Source: Spirochaetia bacterium
Lineage (GTDB): Bacteria > Spirochaetota > Leptospiria > Turneriellales > JAOUOS01
Length of the DNA: 64,000 bases
Direction: 5' to 3'
Assembly (NCBI GenBank): GCA_029880265.1
Contig: JAOUOT010000008.1
Location: 43,311-107,310 of the forward strand
Shown here: positions 38,834 to 46,112 of the stretch, piece after piece
How the letters are laid out: every line of letters begins with the position of its first letter
How positions within the stretch are numbered: the stretch's first letter is position 1
Notes under the pieces: model-generated
The model's input: only the letters and a program-made list of their open reading frames with translations
What the model was told of the DNA's origin: nothing
The model's database searches: none
Made by a program: the position numbers and the translations under genes

Positions 38834-39002
38834 TTTTTTTACTTTATGGGTGGGGCTGTGTAAAAAGTCCATGATTCTTCTCGACTTTGCATGCCAGTGG
38901 CAACTGCGTAACGAAGAACATTGATTTACTGCACCCTGAACGGCCTCGAAAGGCGCGATTTGTAAGTTACTGCACAACTCCATCCATAAACCAAGTTTTC
39001 TA

Positions 39003-40343
39003 ATGAAAAAATCAAAATATACGTTTACAGTTAACAAAAATGACGGTCTGGTTTTAATGAACTATATGTCAGGCGCGGTCGACAAGATTGAAAAAGACGA
39101 GGCCGAAGAGTTCCTGAAAAGATATGAATCTGATAACTGGTCAGATTATGAACATATGGTCCATTTGTATAAAAACGGATATTTGTGTAAAGACGAAACA
39201 GAAGAAAACCAAAATATCCGCAAAAAGTATATTGAATTTTCTGAAGAGTATGAAAATACGCCGGTACAGCTTATTTTTTCAACCACGTATGCCTGCAATT
39301 TTTCGTGCTCTTACTGTTTTCAATCTGACTATAAAGAAGACAATGTTTTATTAAATAATGAAATTATCAATAGTTTTTTTAACTATATTGAAAAACGATT
39401 TAATGACGAAAGTCAAAGGCCCTATATTACTTTATTCGGGGGCGAGCCGCTGCTTAACGGAAAAACCTACAAAGACGCTCTATTGTATTTCTTAAAAACC
39501 GCTAGAGATAAAAACTATGAAATCGCTATCGTAACCAACGGATATACCCTGTCTGAATATGCGCCTATTTTTAAAGAAGAAAATATAAAAATCAAAGAAA
39601 TACAGGTTACCTTAGACGGCGATAAAAATATGCATGACGGGCGAAGAAAAACAAAAACCGGCGGCGAAACTTTTGAAAAAATCGCGGCGGGCATTGACGC
39701 CGTTTTAAAATTGGGATACCGCGTAAATTTAAGAACCATCATTGATAAAGAAAATATTAGCAAACTGCCTTATCTTGCCCAATACTGTGAAGATAAAGGC
39801 TGGCTTGGTTACGGCTCAAAATACTTTGAAAGCACAGTCGGCAGAAACTATGAATTATACGGCTGCGGCAAAGGCGCCAATTTATTTGACCGCTTAACAA
39901 TGTGGCAGGAGTTTATAAAGCTTGCCGAAGAAAATCCTATACTAAAAAGATTTCACAAACCTCAATTTCACGGAATACGTTATTTGTCAGAAAACAAAGA
40001 GCTTCCCATGCCGGTTTTTGACGCCTGCCCCGCCGGTAAAAAAGAATGGGCCTTTGACGCAAAAGGAAATATATACGGATGTACCGCCTCTGTTGGCGTT
40101 GAAAAATATAAACTGGGCAGTTTTTTAGACGAAAATGAACCTTTAAATACCGATCAAATTGAACAATGGGCCTCAAGGGACGTTTTAACGATAGAAGCCT
40201 GTAAAAACTGCGCGGTCAGCTTATCTTGCGGCGGCGGGTGCGGGGTTATCGCCTGCAACGAAACCGGCAAAATATTAAGCGAAAATTGCCGACCTGTAAA
40301 AGAATTGATTAAATTAGGGTTAGAATATTATAACATAATCTAA
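39003..40343 (+). CDS. Radical SAM/SPASM-domain peptide-modifying enzyme with N-terminal extension of RRE size
   Basis: CX3CX2C at residues 98-105 (CNFSCSYC), GGEPLL. Complete SPASM Cys pattern: C342, C360, C400-X2-C403-X5-C409-X3-C413, C418, C429. Confidence 0.85.
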   Translation: MKKSKYTFTVNKNDGLVLMNYMSGAVDKIEKDEAEEFLKRYESDNWSDYEHMVHLYKNGYLCKDETEENQNIRKKYIEFSEEYENTPVQLIFSTTYACNFSCSYCFQSDYKEDNVLLNNEIINSFFNYIEKRFNDESQRPYITLFGGEPLLNGKTYKDALLYFLKTARDKNYEIAIVTNGYTLSEYAPIFKEENIKIKEIQVTLDGDKNMHDGRRKTKTGGETFEKIAAGIDAVLKLGYRVNLRTIIDKENISKLPYLAQYCEDKGWLGYGSKYFESTVGRNYELYGCGKGANLFDRLTMWQEFIKLAEENPILKRFHKPQFHGIRYLSENKELPMPVFDACPAGKKEWAFDAKGNIYGCTASVGVEKYKLGSFLDENEPLNTDQIEQWASRDVLTIEACKNCAVSLSCGGGCGVIACNETGKILSENCRPVKELIKLGLEYYNII

Positions 40344-40356
40344 AAGAGAGTAAAAA

Positions 40357-40521
40357 ATGAAAAAAACAATAACAATAAAAGAATTCAGCGAAGAACTAAA
40401 GGTTCGAATTGAAAAAGATCAGACAATTGACTGCTGTAAAGACGAGATTCTTAAACTGGCCGAAGTTGCAGCCGATAAAATTGGCTCTCAAGAGATTGAA
40501 GTAACCTGGCAAGAAGCTTAA
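40357..40521 (+). CDS. Unannotated 54-aa ORF with a CC pair (second precursor or accessory protein)
   Basis: ATG 13 nt after the rSAM stop. MKKTITIKEFSEELKVRIEKDQTIDCCKDEILKLAEVAADKIGSQEIEVTWQEA. Only a weak AGAGAG RBS. Confidence 0.3.
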   Translation: MKKTITIKEFSEELKVRIEKDQTIDCCKDEILKLAEVAADKIGSQEIEVTWQEA

Positions 40522-40663
40522 GAATTTATCGTTTTCATGCTTGCTACGAGCGTGTGAAGAATATAGATACGCGCAGAGATTAAACAATTATCAATAAAAA
40601 ATGGCTTTCTAAACAGTCTTGATTATAATATTTACCATTGAATAATTTAGAGGAAGTAAACAA

Positions 40664-41017
40664 ATGGCGTTATTGGTACTTTTAAATAACTGGATGCACG
40701 ATTTTAGCGCGGCAGGCTGGATTTTTTCAACCTTTGTTATCATGAAACTTATACAGCATTATCAAAAAGACGATAAATTAAAAAACGCAATAGTTCCCGT
40801 GTTAAAAACCATGAAACTTTTAATGCATTACTCGCTGGCTGGCATCGTCATTTTCGGAATAGGAAGAGCCCTCGCTTATAAAGAATATGAATGGAGCGAA
40901 GAAGCGGGAGACAGCCAGCTTATTTTACTTGCGGTAAAGCATGTTGTATTAACGGCGGTTTTTATATGGGGGGTTATTTATTACAGAAAAGCTTTAAAAA
41001 TTATAAAAAGCTCTTAG
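40664..41017 (+). CDS. Small polytopic membrane protein
   Basis: 117 aa, 3-4 hydrophobic helices, RBS AGAGGAAG upstream. Confidence 0.5.
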   Translation: MALLVLLNNWMHDFSAAGWIFSTFVIMKLIQHYQKDDKLKNAIVPVLKTMKLLMHYSLAGIVIFGIGRALAYKEYEWSEEAGDSQLILLAVKHVVLTAVFIWGVIYYRKALKIIKSS

Positions 41018-41049
41018 AGTTTTGTATAAATTTAATATCAGGTAAACTT

Positions 41050-41475
41050 ATGATGGTTGAATATTATAAATGGTTTAGAATTTTACATTTCACCGGCGTC
41101 ATTTTCTGGATGACAGGCGTCTATTCATGGCTTAAGCTGGCCGAATTAATCGAAAAAAAAGAATATACGCCGGCCGATCATGAAACCTTAAAAAGGGTTT
41201 TCGGCAATGTCTTTATACTGGGCATTCACGCGGGAATTATCATGGCTTTATCGGGCGGCATCGGCATGCTGTTAACCAATATAAACCTTTTATCGCAAGG
41301 CTGGATCTACATTAAATTCTTAACGCTTACCATGATGATTTTAGTTTCAATATTTCAAACAGTCGGCGTTTACAAAGGCGACATAACCAAGCCTTTCGGT
41401 TATGCCGCTTATCACAGCATTATAGGCATGGGCATTATGATAATCTTGGCCATGGTAATATTCAGGCCGTTTTGA
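41050..41475 (+). CDS. HemJ/UPF0093-like small membrane protein
   Basis: 142 aa from ATG 41050. WFRILHFTGVIFWMTGVY N-terminal helix resembles HemJ/CopD-like proteins. The track ORF start at 40891 overlaps the upstream gene and is rejected. Confidence 0.45.
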   Translation: MMVEYYKWFRILHFTGVIFWMTGVYSWLKLAELIEKKEYTPADHETLKRVFGNVFILGIHAGIIMALSGGIGMLLTNINLLSQGWIYIKFLTLTMMILVSIFQTVGVYKGDITKPFGYAAYHSIIGMGIMIILAMVIFRPF

Positions 41476-41531
41476 GTATGACAAAAACTATACTTTACGC
41501 CGTATAAACTATTTTAATACTACCGATCAAA

Positions 41532-42779
41532 ATGAACGAAGTAGGCACGAATACATTGGGTCTGGTTTTTTTGGGCGGCTTAGCGGCCTCTTTGAGCGCC
41601 TGTGTTTACCCTTTAATTCCGATTATTACCGCCATTTTTGGCGCCGCTCAAATTAAAAGCTGGCATAAAAGTTTATTTTTATCGGTAATTTATGTAACGG
41701 GAATGTCTATTACTTATATGGCGCTGGGCATTGCGGCAAGTCTTGGTGGCTCTGTTTTTGGCTCATATATGGGTAACAAGTGGTTTATTATAGCCTTCGG
41801 ATGCATTTTCTTCTTTTTAGGTTTATGGTTTATGGGCATTTTACCCATAAAATTACCAAATTTTGCCGATAAATTACAAGTTAAGAAAAACAATAAGATT
41901 CTATATCCGCTTATTATGGGTATTTTTTCAGGCTTTATCGCAGCTCCCTGTACGGCCCCTTTATTTGGCGCCGTTTTAGCCGATATTGCCGTCAAAGCCG
42001 CAGAAAATCAAAGCATCATACCCGGTACAATGATGGCTTTGGCGTTTAGTCTCGGCATGGGTATGCCCTTTATTTTAATAGGGGGTTTTGCCGTTAGACT
42101 TCCTAAACCCGGCAGGTGGATGCAGGCCGTTAAATATTTCGGGGCCGCAATATTGTTCACAGCCGGATTTCATTATTTTCAAGATTTAGGTTTTGACTTT
42201 CCTCCGGCGAAGGCTGAAATATCCTTGGCAATTACCGGTTTTTTTATTTTTATTGTCTTTTTTATTCTTGCAGAGCCGCTGGTTGATCCCGAAATGGATA
42301 AGACCGTGAAGAAATCTCATGTTTTAACTTTTTTATTAATTGCCGCTTTTGGCCTCTTTATGGCCACATCGCCTTTAGCAAGCCGATCATCGGGCGAGAT
42401 TGAAAAATCTCCCCTTTCATGGAAAACTTCTCTAGAAGACGGGTTAAATTCTGCCGAAGATAAAAATTCAATATTATTGATAGATTTCTGGGCAGAATGG
42501 TGCGTAGCCTGTCACGAAATGGATAAAAAACTTTTTGCCTCTGACGAATTTATTGAACTGGCCAACAAAACCAACGTAGTCTTAGTAAGGCTTGATTTTA
42601 CCGACGAAAGCGATAATAATTTAAACCTGGCCCAGAAATATGATATAAAAGGGCTGCCTACAGTCGTCATTACCAACTCAAAAGGCGAAAAACTTGAAGA
42701 TCTAATAGGTTTTCATTCTAAAGAACTTTCTTTATCTGAATTAATCAAGTTTTTTGAAAAACACGCCGGTAAAAAATAG
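41532..42779 (+). CDS. DsbD/CcdA-type thiol:disulfide transmembrane electron transporter with C-terminal thioredoxin domain
   Basis: TM-embedded Cys motifs CVYPLIP and APCTAPL; C-terminal Trx fold with WCVAC. Confidence 0.8.
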   Translation: MNEVGTNTLGLVFLGGLAASLSACVYPLIPIITAIFGAAQIKSWHKSLFLSVIYVTGMSITYMALGIAASLGGSVFGSYMGNKWFIIAFGCIFFFLGLWFMGILPIKLPNFADKLQVKKNNKILYPLIMGIFSGFIAAPCTAPLFGAVLADIAVKAAENQSIIPGTMMALAFSLGMGMPFILIGGFAVRLPKPGRWMQAVKYFGAAILFTAGFHYFQDLGFDFPPAKAEISLAITGFFIFIVFFILAEPLVDPEMDKTVKKSHVLTFLLIAAFGLFMATSPLASRSSGEIEKSPLSWKTSLEDGLNSAEDKNSILLIDFWAEWCVACHEMDKKLFASDEFIELANKTNVVLVRLDFTDESDNNLNLAQKYDIKGLPTVVITNSKGEKLEDLIGFHSKELSLSELIKFFEKHAGKK

Positions 42780-42791
42780 GCGGCGGCGCTG

Positions 42792-43763
42792 ATGGTAAAG
42801 AGCCTTTTTTCTAAAAGTTCTAAAACATTAAAATCAACAGGTAAAACAGGCGGATGGTTTGATATTCACGAAAGCTATTTTGGCCTCGATAGAAAACTGC
42901 CCTATCTGGTGGTTTACGGTAAAAAAGACGGCCCTAATTTTATTGTTACTTCTTCAATTCACGGCGACGAGTTAAACGGCATTGGTCAAATTCATCATGT
43001 TTACAATTCAATTGATCCTGAAAATTTCAGGGGGCGCATGGTTATGCTGCCGGTTGCCAATATTCCCGCTTTTCAAATTCAAAACCGATATTTGCCCGAC
43101 AGGCGAGATTTAAACAGACTTTTTCCCGGTAATTCTGAAGGCTCTGAAGGAAGGCGCCTTGCCAATATCATATGGAACACTTCAATAAAAGACGCCGATT
43201 TCGGTTTAGACCTGCATTCGGCAAGCTATAACCGCTGGAACTTCCCTCATATTCGGGGGAACATGAGATTAGAAAGGGTAAGGTATATGGCAAAATCTTT
43301 TGAGGCGCCAATTGTCATGCACAGCCAGGGGGTGTTAGGCTCTTTAAGACGCGAGGCGACAAAAAGAAATATACCCTTTGTTTTATTTGAAGCGGGGCAG
43401 ATTAACCGCTTTGAAACCCGAGCCTTTGAAGCGGGCATTTCGGGAATCTGGAACCTCTTGCACGCTCTTGATATGATAAGCGTAATTCCCGAACAGGTGC
43501 ATAAGAAAAAAGGCGCGCATAAATATTACAAAAGATCAACATGGATGCGAGCCTCTTGCGGCGGATTGTTTTACGCTCTGGTAAAACCAGGCGATGTCAT
43601 AAGAAAAGGTCAAACTCTGGGTAAAATATATTCTCTGTTAGGCGAGTTGAAAGACGAAATAAAGGCAGAAATAAGCGGCAGAATTTTAGGGTTTAATCTT
43701 CACCCGCAGGTAATGCCCGGCAGAGCGTTGTTTCATATTTGTTATGAGAAGTATCCGCTTTAG
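42792..43763 (+). CDS. Succinylglutamate desuccinylase/aspartoacylase (AstE/AspA) family zinc hydrolase
   Basis: SIHGDELNG zinc-binding block, DLNRLFPG, LDLHSA blocks; 323 aa. Confidence 0.7.
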   Translation: MVKSLFSKSSKTLKSTGKTGGWFDIHESYFGLDRKLPYLVVYGKKDGPNFIVTSSIHGDELNGIGQIHHVYNSIDPENFRGRMVMLPVANIPAFQIQNRYLPDRRDLNRLFPGNSEGSEGRRLANIIWNTSIKDADFGLDLHSASYNRWNFPHIRGNMRLERVRYMAKSFEAPIVMHSQGVLGSLRREATKRNIPFVLFEAGQINRFETRAFEAGISGIWNLLHALDMISVIPEQVHKKKGAHKYYKRSTWMRASCGGLFYALVKPGDVIRKGQTLGKIYSLLGELKDEIKAEISGRILGFNLHPQVMPGRALFHICYEKYPL

Positions 43764-43852
43764 CGCAGCGGGTATTTTACCTGCATAGAAGCGAAACAGA
43801 CGGCTCTTTTTTTTCTTGACAAAGAGTTGTTTCTTTATTTAATTTTACAAAG

Positions 43853-44881
43853 ATGATTTTAGAGAATCCTCGCAATAATAAGATTGTATTTTTAAAATTA
43901 TTTTTCGGTATTATTTTCTTTCCATTATTAATTACGATTATTTCATATTTATTATTATCTTTTAATATAAATGAACCCTATATTAATATTCTTTCTATAG
44001 GGGTTACTTATGATTTATTAATTTTCGTTCCGATTATCTATTTAATTCTAATTTGGAACTCTTCAGTTCCCAAGACTACAGTAATTCCTGTTTTTTTTCT
44101 GGTCATTTTAATTGCCTCGTATATTATTCCGTCAAACAATCAAACGCACCTGAGTTTTATAAAAACATGGGGTCTGCCAGTAATTGAAATTATCGCTTTT
44201 TTAATCATCTTTAGAAAAGTTCTAAAGATAAATGATTTATATAAACTTAAAAAAGACAAAGACGTTGATATCTTTTCAATTATTAAAAATGTTATTAACA
44301 GTATTTTTCCGGGCACTGTCGGGGCCTATCTTTCTTTTGAAATGGCTTCTATATATTATGGTCTAATCTGTTGGCGAAAGACTAAAAATGATTTTATAAA
44401 ATTTTCATATTCTAATAGCGGTATAATGCCTGTAATTTCTATTTTCATTTTTTTATTGGTATTAGAAACTACAATTTTACATCTTTTGCTTCATAAATGG
44501 AACAACTTTATTGCATGGGTTCTAACAGGCTTAAGTTTATATACTTTTATTCAAATAATCGCAGTATTAAAGTCAATTATATTCAGACCAATTGAAATAA
44601 GGCACAATAATCTTCATTTAAATTATGGAATTCTTCGTAATTCAAAAATTCCTATCGAGAATATAGAAAAAATTGAATTAGAAAAATCTATTCATATTGA
44701 TTCTTTCTCTCCATTTAAAGACTTTGAAGATACAAATATAATTCTTTTTTTGAACAAAAAATGCAAGCTCTATGGTTTATTTGGTTTTATTAAAGAGTAC
44801 GATTCAATGTCAATCTTTGTTAATAATCCGCAAGAATTTAAAAATATAATTTCTGAACAAATAAAAGGCATTAGAGTTTAA
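43853..44881 (+). CDS. Hypothetical polytopic membrane protein (AT-rich islet)
   Basis: 342 aa, ~8 hydrophobic helices plus a soluble C-terminal ~90 aa; composition visibly more AT-rich than the flanks. Confidence 0.45.
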   Translation: MILENPRNNKIVFLKLFFGIIFFPLLITIISYLLLSFNINEPYINILSIGVTYDLLIFVPIIYLILIWNSSVPKTTVIPVFFLVILIASYIIPSNNQTHLSFIKTWGLPVIEIIAFLIIFRKVLKINDLYKLKKDKDVDIFSIIKNVINSIFPGTVGAYLSFEMASIYYGLICWRKTKNDFIKFSYSNSGIMPVISIFIFLLVLETTILHLLLHKWNNFIAWVLTGLSLYTFIQIIAVLKSIIFRPIEIRHNNLHLNYGILRNSKIPIENIEKIELEKSIHIDSFSPFKDFEDTNIILFLNKKCKLYGLFGFIKEYDSMSIFVNNPQEFKNIISEQIKGIRV

Positions 44882-45083
44882 TAAATCGTATATTCAAAAC
44901 CGAAATGCCTGTTAATATCTTAAATCCTTTGTCTAATCGCCGCCAGCTGCGCGATTATTCGGGGCGAATGCGGCAATTAATGGAGATTTTTCTATGCAAA
45001 TATAGATTTATGGGAACATGAAATGTTCTTGATTATGGTTTCTCTGGTTTTTTGTTTCTACTAAAATATAATAGTTAAATATA

Positions 45084-45389
45084 TTGACGACTTATAACAA
45101 TAATTTCATTTTGTCAATTGTTGCAATGCGAGAGGTTCCAGTAAATTATTATAATGCGCCTTGTGGCAAGTCGTTAAAAATTATTACAATACTAGCTTCT
45201 CTTTTGTTAATTGCGGGAAGTATAAAACATTTTCTTGATTCGTCGGGTAATGAAAAATATTCTAATTTGATTGGCTTACTTTTAATTATTCTTCTTTTTG
45301 GATGCTCTTTATTTGCTATACGAGGTTATTCAATAACTCTTGAAAGGCCAAAAGAGTTTTTATCATATCTTGATATTAAAAGAAGATGA
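45084..45389 (+). CDS. Hypothetical small membrane protein
   Basis: 101 aa, TTG start, two hydrophobic helices; weak support. Confidence 0.3.
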   Translation: MTTYNNNFILSIVAMREVPVNYYNAPCGKSLKIITILASLLLIAGSIKHFLDSSGNEKYSNLIGLLLIILLFGCSLFAIRGYSITLERPKEFLSYLDIKRR

Positions 45390-45426
45390 CGCCAATTGAG
45401 TATTAAAATTTTATGAGAGAACAGAT

Positions 45427-46020
45427 ATGCAGAAAATAGTGAACATTAGACCAAATATAACCTATCAATTGAAGATTACTTTAACAGACGTTAATCCGCC
45501 AATATGGAGAAGATTTACGGTAAACCCTGAGATAAAATTTCCTGATTTTCATAAGGTTTTACAAACAATAATGGGCTGGACGAATACACACTTGCATCAA
45601 TTTCGATTTAATGATTTAATTTATGGTTACGATGAAGAAGAACTCGACGATGATATTATAGATTATCGAAATATAAAACTTAACAAATTAATTAAGCATG
45701 AAAAAGAAAAGATAATTTATGATTATGACTTTGGAGACGGATGGGAACACGCTATAATTTTAGAGAAAATTATTGATAACAAATTAAATCAGCCGCCGTC
45801 GCCAACATGTATTGACGGCGAAAGAAGTTGTCCTCCTGAAGATTGCGGCGGTCCATATGGTTATGAAGAACTTTTAACCGCGCTTAATAACCCTAAGCAT
45901 GAAGACCATGAAGAAATGCTAGATTGGGTTGGCGACGAATTCAATTCTGAAAAATATGATATTGAATATGTAAATAAAATGCTGAAGATGAAAAACTTTG
46001 GTTGTATCAGTTTTACTTGA
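45427..46020 (+). CDS. Plasmid pRiA4b ORF-3-like (PRiA4_ORF3 family) protein
   Basis: Family hallmark YQLKITLTDVNPPIWRRFTV...LQTIMGWTNTHLHQF and C-terminal CPPEDCGG. Confidence 0.85.
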   Translation: MQKIVNIRPNITYQLKITLTDVNPPIWRRFTVNPEIKFPDFHKVLQTIMGWTNTHLHQFRFNDLIYGYDEEELDDDIIDYRNIKLNKLIKHEKEKIIYDYDFGDGWEHAIILEKIIDNKLNQPPSPTCIDGERSCPPEDCGGPYGYEELLTALNNPKHEDHEEMLDWVGDEFNSEKYDIEYVNKMLKMKNFGCISFT

Positions 46021-46112
46021 AACTTTAATCTAAAAAAATATAAATCTATCCCTCAAAAATAGATTGAAAAGCTGAGACAATATTATACTTTAAAGCGTCA
46101 CGGCAAAACAAG

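Noticed and set aside
38887-39003. TTG-initiated 38-codon frame in the spacer, ending in a TAATG overlap with the rSAM start codon (possible second precursor)
   Set aside because: It has no ATG and no Shine-Dalgarno, and the frame opens directly after a TGA. The product (HASGNCVTKNIDLLHPERPRKARFVSYCTTPSINQVF) has no leader/core character. It is retained only as a remote possibility within the spacer finding.
38599-39037. Minus-strand track ORFs 38599..38799 (66 aa) and 38642..39037 (131 aa) covering the peptide-ORF region
   Set aside because: Their translations are Phe/Leu/Cys low-complexity runs that mirror the A-rich plus-strand sequence. They have no RBS. They overlap the end of the methyltransferase gene and the start of the rSAM gene on the opposite strand of an otherwise co-directional operon.
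38006-40343. Reading the ArsM-like methyltransferase plus radical SAM pair as an organoarsenical (arsenosugar ArsS or arsinothricin ArsL type) pathway
   Set aside because: As I recall, the radical SAM partners of ArsM in those pathways are not SPASM-domain enzymes with an N-terminal extension of RRE size, and they do not come with a Cys-rich peptide ORF. No arsenic resistance genes (arsR/B/C, acr3) are present in the window. This reading cannot be excluded without a homology search.
39003-40343. Anaerobic sulfatase-maturating enzyme (anSME) assignment for the SPASM protein
   Set aside because: No sulfatase gene is nearby. In anSMEs the CX3CX2C motif lies close to the N-terminus, whereas here it is preceded by about 95 residues. 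A small Cys-rich ORF sits directly upstream.
40891-41049. N-terminal 53 codons of track ORF 40891..41475
   Set aside because: This part overlaps the preceding membrane-protein gene by 127 nt in another frame and encodes a non-membrane, Gly/Arg-rich sequence. The ATG at 41050 gives a compact four-helix membrane protein with a normal 32-nt intergenic gap.
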